Source: Utricularia gibba
Taxonomy: Eukaryota > Plantae > Magnoliophyta
Direction of reading: 5' to 3'
DNA: 64,000 nucleotides
Assembly (NCBI GenBank): GCA_002189035.1
Contig: CM007990.1
Span: forward strand, 3,038,001 to 3,102,000
The notes under the pieces are model-generated. The model was given only the letters and a program-made list of their open reading frames with translations, made no database searches and was not told the origin of the DNA. This document shows positions 14,380 to 25,661 of the stretch, piece by piece; the first letter of the stretch is position 1, and every line of letters starts with the position of its first letter. A program made the position numbers and the translations under genes.

Positions 14380-15430
14380 AAGTCTGACCTCGAAACTTTT
14401 GTTCAATTTTGTTGAATATATACCTTGAAGTCTTCATGATATTGCACAAAATCAATTATTGGTTATTTCTTAAGAAGAATGGACACTTGTAATGCAAGAT
14501 CTGATCATCGTCCTTCACATGAAGAGATTAAAAAAATGTTAATCAAAGTGATTATTGTTTGCAATGACTTTTACCCTACTGATCATCGATTGGAAAATGT
14601 TCTTGTACATCAATAAGAAATGAGATCAACTCATTAGATGTATAGCTGAAGAATAATTTGGAATTTTTTTTATTGGCAATTGGGTGAAGACATGGAAATA
14701 GAGTTTTACAAGAGTTTTGGTGACATTCTAGGGAGATGATTTCTTGGCATGTGCATGTAATACTAAAAGGTTGTTTTGCTATGACAAAAGATTCAATCCA
14801 CCCTAGAAGAGAACATGAGAATACATCCATACATTTAAAAAAACAAATGTTTGTATTCATATTTCAAGGTAACATCCCCTTAATCACTAAGGTCTACCAA
14901 TAAGCATATTCCTTAATTGCGGTGTTTTATAGGACAGTATCAGTGGTATCGACAGAACACACAATGCTACAAAAGTACCAAAAAAAGAACATAAACATTT
15001 TTATGGAAAGTCAACCTAGAACATCCTAGTTATTTGTGATTTCCATGTGTGCTTCATTTATGTGGTTACTGGGTTTGAAGGCGGATTCCAATTTTTTCAT
15101 GTGTTATCGGAGTTCAAAGAAGCCGCATTCTAATACATTCAAAATGAAAGTATTATCTTGTTGATTCTGGATATCTACTTCAAAGGGATTCATGACACCA
15201 TATCCTCATTGTCGGTACCATTTGGCTCAGTTTAGCAATGGAACCAAGGATACGAGTTCGGAAGCATTCTTCAACTATAGACACTCTTTGTTGCATATGA
15301 CATTAGAGTGAACTTTTGGGGTGCGGAAGGCGAAGTTACCTACTGTAACTGATTTTTCGTGGGGCTTTAATTGGAAGATCAAGTAAAAATGGTGTTCGCC
15401 ACAATTTTATTCTAGAGATAGGTGCAATAG
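14380..15430 (+). mobile_element. PIF/Harbinger transposase relic (DDE_Tnp_4-like), copy 1
   Basis: YFK|intron 14869-14932|DSISGIDRTH (DCIGAIDGTH-like); NILVICDFHVCFIYV (~15020-15065); KYYLVDSGY (~15148); GFMTPYPHCRYHL; FFNYRHSLL..TFGV (~15268-15325). Frameshifted with stops; boundaries approximate. Confidence 0.85.
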
Positions 15431-17839
15431 ACAAAGACTTCAAGTGGGAGAAGTGGATCCCACAAAGTGAAGAAGTTGAAATTAAGGCATTGTGGTATGA
15501 GATTTTTAGGGGATATTGTTCTTGATGACCATTTTTTTTATAAATTTGATTTTGATAAAAAAAAAATGAAGGTTTTTTATGACTCTGATATTCATAAGTT
15601 GTCATATGATTTCTTTCATTAGCTCATGTAAACTTTAGGAAGAAATAAGAGAGACGAAGAAAAAGAATAAGTTATTATTAACACAAGATTATTTATATTT
15701 GATAATTTCTTAAAAGTCAAAATTAAAAAAAAAACTTTTTAAATAATTACTAAATTTTAGTATCTAATAATAAAAATTTCGTATATTGCATAATCAATTG
15801 TTATACATATTTTAATTTTATTAAAATAGTAAATTCTTATTGTAAATATTAATTCATTTTTTTCAAAAACTTTTTGAATATATAATTAATATGTATCCAC
15901 TCTAATATGGACACATTCTTAACACTCTTTTTAATTGAATATGTTTTATATACTATTAGAATTGATATTTTTTAATGTCTAGTATTTCTAAAAATTAATA
16001 AACTTTATATATTATTTTAAAAATATATGTGATTATTTAAAATAAAATAAAAAATAAAATATTATTTAGTAAATTATAAAAATAAAATAAAAAATATTTT
16101 TAATCAGTTATTAATTTGTGGTTGTACAATACAAACTAATTTGAAAATATAATAAAATTAAATCAAAGTATTATTTAGAACAAATATGTATATAATTGTA
16201 TTTTGATAAAACATATTTAATTATTTTTAATTTAACAAATATATAATCATTTTTTATTAATTTCTCTCACCAAAACAGGGGTACTCAACTAATGTATAGA
16301 TAAAAAAGGGGTATTCACCTAAAATGAGGTTCACACCTTTTTTTGTGAACCTCATTTTCAACGCCACATCTTTGATAAAAATGAATACCTCTCAATTCAG
16401 AGAATTTTTAAGTAAGTCCAACCCATGTACAAACAATTCTGCATCACCCACTAACTCTGGAATCTGCTTCATCTATCCTATACATGCCTATATTGTATAT
16501 TTAAAAGTGTTGAGGAGGAATCCATATTGGAAATCCATGTGGCAACCATCTCATACAAGTTGGTGATAGGCTTGTCTAAATATTCATGCTTTTTTTTTTT
16601 TTCTTCCTATCTATCTGTCAGTGTGATAGCATGAGTGTTATCAAGTGGAGGGGAGTGTTGTGGAAGCTCTATCATGCTCCCCATGAAGTCAAGGTCTATA
16701 TTTTCAATATCTTCGATGTCAATTATCATCTTTTCATTATGAGTATCAGCATATTCGAATGATATATCTTCAAAAGTTAGACAATATTTTTCAGTGATAT
16801 ATTTTTGTCAAACATCTCTTATTGCGCGTAGAGTATGGACCCCTTATTCCTGAATTTTGCATACTCCTTATTCTCCTAATTGATAATTTATGAGAAGCAA
16901 ATAAGATCCTAATTTATTTTAGTGAATACCAAATTTTTTGTCAAATTTAGTTGTGTTGTGAACTCCTTCATCGCATTATTGAGGCCAATACTCGTTCAAG
17001 TATTCAAAAGCCTAGTACCTGCTCTCACTTGATTCAAGCACGGATAAATAAAGGCTCTAGTGTTGGCGTCATTCGGGTTACCTTTATCATTACTTCCCTC
17101 AATTTCAAATGCATTCATTTTCTTGGTGTTTAGATTAACAAAAATGTTATCAAAACTCATGAAATTTTGCCAACTACAAAATTTACCATTGAATCAAATG
17201 AGAATCAGTAAAAACAAAAAGTAACTTTGATGAAAAACATAGATTGAGTTCTAGAAACTCAACTACAATTTCAAAAATCGTAGTTTCATTTTTTTCAAAT
17301 TCGAAATATTCAATCACTATAAGAGGAAAATGCCATAAGTGAAAAAAAAAAAAAAAACATAAAATTGGGTTATCGAAATATACACAAAAATGAAAAATTG
17401 AAAAATACAAGAACATATACTTGTTGCTTCTTCGTATTCGACTGCAAATCAAATGAAAATGACAAGTTTCAAAGTCAAATAAGTAAATGATAAAGTGCCC
17501 TCCGATGCCAAACAACTTTCACATCATTTACTACCTTTAATAATTGAGGGGTAATTTGGAAACACGAAATATCAACAATAATTGAGTTTGTAGCAACATA
17601 CCTGGGAATGTCTATTGTATTCAACTCAAACTATGTTAACTCAATTATCCAAACATTATATGCATGATTTCCTAAGCTTTTAAGTATGGTTGGGTTGCGA
17701 ACCCAACGCTAATCCAAACACTCCCATAATATGACATGAATAAAAAAAAACGTATAATCAAACTCTCGAATATATTTGAAGTTTCAAAAAATATATATAT
17801 ATAATGTGTAATTTTAAAAATATACTTTTTAAAAATGAA

Positions 17840-18145
17840 TACTAAAAGGTTGGTTTGATATGGCAAAAGATTCAATCCAGCCCAAAAGAGAACTTGAAAA
17901 TACATACATACATTCGAAACAATAAATGTTTGTACCCATATTTCAAGGTAACACCCCTTAATCACTACCGTCTACCAATAAGCATATTCCTTAATTGTGG
18001 TGTATTATATAAGATTGTATAGGTGTCATCCAAAGAACACACAGCGCCTACAAAAGTTTCCGAAGAACATAATACTTTTTATGGAAAATCAGGAAAGCCA
18101 ATCTTCTAGTTGTTTGCGATTTCCATATATGCTTCATTTATGTGG
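17840..18145 (+). mobile_element. PIF/Harbinger transposase relic, partial copy 2
   Basis: Direct-orientation homology to 14761-15065 including the intron (shared tactaaaaggttg, aaagattcaatcca, catatttcaaggtaaca, gtctaccaataagcatattccttaattg, gcttcatttatgtgg); reads DCIGVIQRTH. Confidence 0.8.
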
Positions 18146-18368
18146 CATTGCACATAGCAAAGTTTTGTCAAATGTTATCAAACAAATATGTCGAACCAAT
18201 CATTTTATTATGGGTCAAAAATACTAAAAATGAAATATTTTAGGTCAAATATGTCATAACCCAATTTTAAAAATATACTTTTTTAGTGTGGCAAACGAGG
18301 GAAACGGAGTGCCACCCACAGTTGCCTCCTTTCCTCTGTTAATCTAAAGGGGGGAAGAAGGGAGATGG

Positions 18369-18686
18369 ATGGATGCGAAGAAAATGCATGGTCCTGGTCC
18401 TGAGATGACGGTCGTGCTCATGATAATGACGATGATTTCAGGGCTGGCTGGTGGTGGCGTGGACGGAACCTGCGAGGAACACTGCTTGCCGGTGTGCCTC
18501 AGGCTCAAGGATGCCACCCTCCCGAATTGCTTGCCGGCGTGTTCGCAGTACTGCCACCAGGTCCACGGCAGGCTTCACCCAGGCAAGCTCCTTCCCTCAA
18601 GCCGTGCAATTCAATTCGTTGCTTTGATTACTAACTGTGCTTGCGGTATCAAAATCTCAGGCCCCATGATGACGATGATAAAGTGA
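18369..18686 (+). CDS. Small secreted cysteine-rich peptide, thionin-like C-x3-C-x3-C-x10-C-x3-C-x3-C; 3' part probably contains an intron
   Basis: GC-rich ORF with a hydrophobic signal-like segment MTVVLMIMTMISGLAGG followed by CEEHCLPVCLRLKDATLPNCLPACSQYC. Candidate donors at 18561 (GT) and 18583 (GC); CTAAC branch-like motif and acceptor at 18660. Confidence 0.7.
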   Translation: MDAKKMHGPGPEMTVVLMIMTMISGLAGGGVDGTCEEHCLPVCLRLKDATLPNCLPACSQYCHQVHGRLHPGKLLPSSRAIQFVALITNCACGIKISGPMMTMIK

Positions 18687-18786
18687 ACATGTAATCCATC
18701 CATCATCCTTTTTCTTATGGGGTAAGGAACGGTATCAATTATTTGCACCGGAAAAAGATGTTTTGTTTTCTGTTACATACACTGAC

Positions 18787-20579
18787 TTACAGCCCCAGGA
18801 CGAGGTAGTAGAGGAGCGCCACGGGTACCGCTAGCAGCATCCCGAATATAACCCTATAAAAACAAATAAAGTATTGCAGGGGCCATTTATCAATGAATTA
18901 GTAGTAAAGTCAGGATTACTTACGCTGTGCTAAGAATATCTGCATGCAAGTTGTATTCCTTGGCGAAAACGAAGGGGACGATCCCTTGTGGCAACGCAGC
19001 CTACGCATAACTCAAAAAGTCAGTCATTTTGTGAATGACCAAAAACGAGGGCCATAGTAAGTACCTGAACGATTGCGACACTTAGGAGGACGCCGCCGAT
19101 GCCGGAGATGAGAGAAGCGATGGCCATGAAGGCGGGGCCGATGATGAATCTCACGGCGATGGCAAAGGTCACCATCGTCTTCCCGCATGCTATCATCCTC
19201 GGTTGCAACGCCATGAACAGCCCTGCACTGCATGTGTCAGTTGTGTTCTATACCGTTATAAAGATTTACCAGCACTTCGTACCGAGGCTGAACATGGCCA
19301 TGCCGAGTCCCGTATCAGATAAGATGGAGATGGACTTGGCGACTATGGGAGGCATCTCCACCTCCCACCTAAACGAATGCTAAATAATTATTAAAAAAAA
19401 AAGAAAATGTGGTGACGAAAGAGTCACTCACTCACCTGAAGGAGATGAGAGACCAGAAGAGGCCAATGAAGCTGGAGTAAGTGTTGGGATTCCTTATAAG
19501 CTTCCGCCAAACCATAACGAGTAACAGCCTCGTCATTACTTTGGTGGGAGGCATCCCTTTCCCTTTCTTCTCCGCCAAATCATCTGTTGGACTCTTTTCC
19601 GATTCCATTTCCACTTCCATTTCCTCCCTGAAAAAACAAAAGACAATATACATATATATAATGTGTTTCTTATGGAAAGGGAAAAGAGCGGTCTGCCAGT
19701 GCTCCTACCTTCCGGGGATCTTGTTCTGATGGGAGAAACAAATCTGATTTCCTTCGCATGATGATGATGATGTGTTGGGCTGGCAACGAAAACTCTGCCG
19801 GAAACAGAGGAGCCCGTTGAGCTCCCGAGGAAGACTGGATCCGCTTCAGGGCCACCCGCATCTAATTTTCTTATTGGAGACGTGGATCGCGCGCTGGATC
19901 CCCGGGGCGTCGGATTCATCGAGGATTGAACGGAGTAGATCTCGGCATTCGATAGCCTCACCGTGACGTGGAACTTGCCGTCTTCTCTGACATCTCCCAC
20001 CACCGTCTCCAGCGGCTGCTCCTGCTGGAGAGATACCACGTCGGATTCCACGCGGATCGAAATGATCGAATCAGCCGTCTCCGGGAAGCGATCGGATATG
20101 AGAATCATGGCGGCCCTATACTCGAACATGAAGAGCATCAGAGTGTACCAGATGATGCACTGCAGCACCACGATCTGCACCATCAGTCCTCCGCAAAACT
20201 CGCCGTACATCCCTTCCAGCAACGGGATCCCAATCACCAGGGTGTTGGGGAGGGTGGAGAGGGAGAAGAAGGTAATGGTCTGTTCGAAGGAGCCCTGTCT
20301 GCTGAACCTCACGTACAGAGAGAGGATCCCGAGAATCATCAGCTTCTGCAGCGTATCGGCTACTATGAACCTGAAATTCATGGCGTAGGGATCGTTTGTA
20401 GCAATGAAATGGAAGGAGAGAAGAGGGACGGCGAAGAGGGCCACGTAGCGGTTGATGCCGGAGCACTGTTCCGGCGTGAATATCTTCCACCACTTGACGG
20501 AGGCGTAGGCCAATGCCATGGCAACGTACAACGGCACCATCGCCGTCATCACGTGGTACAAGTCCTTGGAACTTATCAT
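18787..20579 (-). CDS. PIN1: PIN1-type auxin efflux carrier with shortened hydrophilic loop; 1 nt short at the intron 1/exon 2 junction as given
   Basis: Exons 20579-19709, 19627-19436, 19368-19283 (86 nt), 19222-19065 (158), 19000-18924 (77), 18853-18787 (67); the last four sizes are typical of PINs. [15 protein letters not shown]-terminus (PIN1 clade), [29 protein letters not shown]. Exon sum is 1451 nt, i.e. 484 codons minus 1. Confidence 0.9.
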
Positions 20580-20703
20580 TCTTTCCAAACACGAGGTGCA
20601 ATGCGGCAACAGGGTCTCTGTTTCTTGTTTGAAAAATCTAGTGGGAACGGAGAAACCAGAGAAGGGCAGGAGTAGGAGTGCGCCTTAAAGGCTTGAATGG
20701 CAT

Positions 20704-21240
20704 TAGGGATGAAAGTTGGGCCGGGCTGGACGGGTCCGACCCTAATTCAAAAGGTTTCCGTTAAGTTTCGAGCTGGGGTCGTTTGACTATGTCTAACCAT
20801 GATTAATATGATACTAGCATGATTATTTAGTAGGCCGTATTGATTCCATCCAGCCCATGAGCTTACTATACAATAAATAAAATATTTTACGTAAATTATT
20901 AAATATTAATATATATTGATGTTATTTAAACAATTTATAAAAACTAAATTAAAATTATTATGTGACTTATCAATTCACATTATTTATTAAAAAAATAAAA
21001 TAGAGAATGTAAAATGAATTAAAATTATCCAAAATTAAAAATAAATGTAATTATAATATATAAAACTATATTCTTAATTTGGGTTCTAGGTCCATAATTT
21101 TGAGCTCCAAACCCAATCAGCCTTGAGGGTTTCTAGCCAAAAAACTTGATAAGATTTTGAATCATCTACATATAGGCCTAAACTCAATATTTTCTAGAAC
21201 CGAGCCGATCAACGGATTTGGGATTAGATTTTCATTCCTA
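20704..21240. mobile_element. Non-autonomous hAT element (Ds-like MITE), 125 bp upstream of the PIN ATG
   Basis: TIRs TAGGGATGAAA (20704-20714) and TTTCATTCCTA (21230-21240); 8-bp flanks AATGGCAT / GCTGGCAT (6/8 match); similar to 61557-61995. Confidence 0.8.
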
Positions 21241-21449
21241 GCTGGCATCTACCTCATTTACCTCTTTATCCTATCCTAGGCATTGATGGGGGATTGCATT
21301 CCTCCCAAACCTCTCTTGAAACCAAATTTGTTTCATTTTATCTTATATTAATAAATAGCGAATTTAGATTTTACATCTTTCAAGTCATCTATAAAAGAAA
21401 TTGCTAAATGGCTCATCAATCTAATATGATCACAAAATATTATGAGGGT

Positions 21450-24320
21450 ATTTTTGAAAAAAACACCGAATTTCCCTCATACAAGTATTAAGAGTTTTGG
21501 ATATCTAGTAGCATAAATAAAATATATATGACGTATAATATTATTAGCATCTACATCTATGTCTTTATAATTTTTAATAAAAAGAGCAATATCATCCGCA
21601 TTAAAAGAGTTAGAAATACATTCAAATAAAGTTTTCATATTTCTATATTTAACCCTCAAATTCAAAAACAGTGCAATAAGAAATAAATTTGGGATTTCAT
21701 CAAAGTATTTTAAAAACTTATATTTCATGTTTTATACGACATCTCCTAAAAAATCACTATTATTTTGATGATTATAAAAAGCAAAAAATTACAAATACAT
21801 GAAATCACAAGTTGAAAAATTGGATAATAAATATCATTCAAAATCTTTGTAGAAGATTAAAATGTTTCTAATAAATTCAATAAATTTCTTAATTTTTCAA
21901 AAATAGAATGAGTTAAGAAATTATAACCCGTAAAAGATTTACAAAATTCAATAAGAATATTTTCATAAGAAATTAAAAATTATAACATATCATATGTACA
22001 ATTCCATCTACTTGGATAATTATTTTTAAATTTATCATAAGAAATATTTCTTTCTTAACAAATTCTTTTGAAAACAAATATTCTATCGGGTTGCTCCTAA
22101 TTATGTTGACTAAATCAACAATAAGAGTAAAAAAAAATTTACATTCTATGAAATCACTTTAAACACACATATTTCAAAATATGACAAGTATACTTATTGT
22201 GGAAAAAATGCTATTTAACATAGTATTCATGTTATTTTTCAAAATCTAAATGGTGTTTGTGTTCATAGATATTATCCGATGAAATAGAAAAAATCCTATT
22301 AGAAATTTTATAAAATATTGTAACTTTTTCTATGAATTTTATAATAAAAAAATCGTTATGTGGTAATGGTCATATTTGAAAAATTAAAATTCGTTTTTGT
22401 ATACACAATAATTATTGATGTTAATTCTGCAAGTGCACAGAAACCGTCGAAATAATAAAATAAGATCGTATCCATAGGGAATTGTTATTGGAATATTCTT
22501 TTCAAAACAAAGAGTTAAAAAGATTGGAAACAAAAGAAAGATTTGGTTTTGAAAACAATAAGGAAAGTGGCATTGGATCTAAGATCCACCTTACTTGAAA
22601 TTCGCTCTTGCGTGTGTGCAAACCTTGAAGACTGACCTGCTTGTGCAAGTTCTGGGGGTGTTATTCTAAAGTAGTGCTACTCGGTGACCGTTATAGCACC
22701 GTCCCTTGTTTTGTGGGATTATGGAATCAACCACGCCACCAGAGCCATTTCACCTCTTGTGATAACCCATGTTTTCCCCACACCCAAATCTAACCCCTAC
22801 ACCTCACACTTCGCAGACAGATTAGACAGAATGTGTCTTACCAACGATGTCCGATTGAGCCCTTCTCCTTAGGTGCTTGAGGCCAACCTTTGATTCTCTC
22901 ACACTCCCTTCGGGTTATATGATACTAAAGATCACGTTGGTAAAAAAAACGTTGCGAAAAAACAGAATCAAACTTCAATTTAAATGTCGAAAAACATAGT
23001 AAAACAGTCACATGCGCAGGATATTTATAAGAGAGTACCTACACGCAAGCAAGTAAGGCTTCACCGCAGATCCTCAGCCACAAGCACCTACACGCACAGA
23101 CTTGACTCTAACATGAAAATAGACACGAAAATAGGAAAAGTACAAAGGAAAAGTGGTAAAAGATGTTTCTAATGGTTGAGAGGGTAGGATATTTATAAGA
23201 GAGTCAATCCAAGTCTTCGTATTGAGCTTATTTGATGAGCTTGGATAAGATCTTCTATCCAAATCTTTTATTCAAATCTACGAATCATCTTCATATCTCT
23301 ATCTTATCCACGAATCTTGGACTAAATCTTCATCGGTTGACCGAGTCTTGGGTTGAGATTCATGGTCCATCAAGTCCATAATTTGGTGGGTCTTGATTTC
23401 TCCTCAAATTGATCCAAAAGTATCCTAAAAATCCACAAAATACACTTTCTCTCCAAAAAAGATCAAAGTAGTGTGAAAGATGCAAAATCAATTGAGAATA
23501 ATGAGAAAGTGGGGTTTAAGATAAGTAAAAACAACACTCAAGTGTAGTGGAAGAACATGTTTTTGAACGACACAAAATCACTTATCAATTATCCAGTCAA
23601 AAATAAGTAATCACAATATAACTTTCATATTGCACTATTTCCAATCATTACAAGTTGAAAAAAATTACATTGTAGCAATTTAAAATTATAAATTAAAGAG
23701 TGATGCATATTTTAAAATATTCAAGTGTAAAATCATGAGTAGTTTTTTTCTAAAATTTTTTATAATCCGATTGAAGTTGTTTTAACATATTATCAAAAGA
23801 AGATTTTTCAACAAATGAAAAAATTTCATTAAATATCAAATAATACACAACAGTGATTTGAAAAAGTTTGTGAAAACAAATTTGGTAATCTGATACTATT
23901 ATCACCTACTAAATATAATCTAGTTTGATGATTTTGAGACAATTTATTATTATGTTTCTCTTTAATATGTCTTTTATATATATCAATTTTTCAATCATTT
24001 TTGAAAGTATATTCCTTGTAACAATGCTTGCAAATAAGTTTTTTGGGATTGTTATTTTTCGATCTTGAATATCTAAAAAATCATCATTATTATTTTTTGA
24101 TTTTTTACAACATAGAAGATTCGATGAAATAGAATAATCTACATCTTGAGGACTAGAAAAATCATTATATTGGGATAATAGATTTGATTCAAAATTTTGC
24201 AAAAATTGAAGTTCTTCCTCATAAATAAATTTTCTATCATTTTGAAATGAAATTCTTATAACTATGAGTGATGAATGCATTAAGAGAGAGTATGTTAAAA
24301 TTATATAATAATCCATAAAA
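21450..24320 (-). mobile_element. Highly degenerate hAT (Ac-like) transposase relic, split by a solo LTR
   Basis: Minus strand NYPSRWNCT (~22020-21995; cf. DVPTRWNSTY) and KYFDEIPNLFLIALFLNLRVK (ORF 21477-21728; cf. LAIAAVLDPRYK). Coding-like ORF 23909-24316 lies beyond the LTR. Boundaries approximate. Confidence 0.55.
22416..23587. mobile_element. Solo LTR, third family
   Basis: Ends TGATG...TATCA; perfect TSD ATTAT at 22411-22415 and 23588-23592; internal repeat ggatatttataagagagt at ~23019 and ~23186. Confidence 0.85.
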
Positions 24321-24432
24321 TATATATTGATGATTTTTTTATTAGAATAGTGTCAACCGTAGTTTTAAACCAATGTGATGAGTGTGCACACACTAGTCAT
24401 TATCAAGTACCAACGAGTAACAGCTTGTAATA

Positions 24433-24435
<3 letters not shown>

Positions 24436-24471
<36 letters not shown>
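24436..24471. repeat. (AT)n microsatellite
   Basis: Uninterrupted AT dinucleotide run. Confidence 0.95.
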
Positions 24472-24474
<3 letters not shown>

Positions 24475-25607
24475 ATTTTAATAATTTTTTAATATCAGAC
24501 AATGCATTTTATATTTTTTAATCTTACTTCGATTTTATAATATTAACTCACCAACTATTGATAATTGTTTACAAACAATTTTGGTTTGATAATGCTTTTT
24601 TTTAAAAAAAAAAAAACATGATATTAGAATGATTTCATATATATTTAATGAATATTATGAATATTTTAAATCGAACCCATGATTCATAGTTTTGAACCAT
24701 AGATTTGATCGATTGCGCATGGGTCAAAACTGACGATATGTGGAATCGAACCTAGATCGTATGATTCCGATTCGAACAGATTACACCGCTACTTGATACC
24801 GAGCCTAACACTCTGATGAGACCTATTACACTTGATACAAAATTTTAGGATACCTAGCAGTATGTGCCTGCCGGTCATTACGTGCAGAATTGAGGCACAC
24901 TCGATATCTACCCCAACTTTACACTGTGTGTTGAAAGCCTTACACTGAATAATGCCCATATAACATTTTACATCTGAGTGTTTATGGAAGACCATGCCCT
25001 TTTCCTCTTCAACCTCATATGACCTATGTGTTATTTGAAGATTGCACTCTAGAAAATTATTTGAATTTTTTTATTTAATATTTGATTGCACAAAGCAACC
25101 ATAAATAAGGAACTTAACAATGGATTCCAAGAGTCTCAAGGTTTCCTCCAAATATAAAAAATCTTGTCTCTTTTGTTTCATATTCCATAGTCGACGAAAT
25201 CCATATAGGCGAAAATGGACTCAACCACAATGTCTCTTAACCTATTTGGTCACTAAGAATATAGTGATGGGTGTTGAAGACGTTCATAATTACAAGCAAG
25301 TAATATACAATAAGATAATAAAATAATGCAAAGGATGGTTTTCGCACGTTCCATTCAATGCTTCAACTCGCCTCTTACACTAAAAAAAAAAAAAAAAAAA
25401 AATACTTGGGTGTAATACCCTCTCGTTAATCCAAGAAGAACCTTACGATTGGTATATGCGACTAGTAGCGGACTGCTTTCTGCCCAACTACATCGTAACA
25501 TACGGACATTGATAAATGGAGTTGCTAAATCAACATAATGAACAGATGGATAGATGTTGGCTTTAAAGCAGCCTGCGCGTGCGACACATATCAAGAATTC
25601 TCAACAC

Positions 25608-25629
25608 TCACTCTTTCTTTCCTTCTCTT

Positions 25630-25661
<32 letters not shown>

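Noticed and set aside
16630-16680. PPT-like AAGTGGAGGGGAGTGTTG suggesting a copia 3' end
   Set aside because: No recognisable RNase H upstream and no definable LTR downstream.
13749-17725. GGGAGTG / CACTCCC as TIRs of a full Harbinger element
   Set aside because: The match is short, G-run lengths differ, and the ATA flank is not the usual TTA/TAA; boundaries unsupported.
19670-20675. Long overlapping ORFs in other frames or strand of PIN exon 1 (235, 161 and 141 aa)
   Set aside because: Expected by-product of high GC3 codon usage; no recognisable domain.
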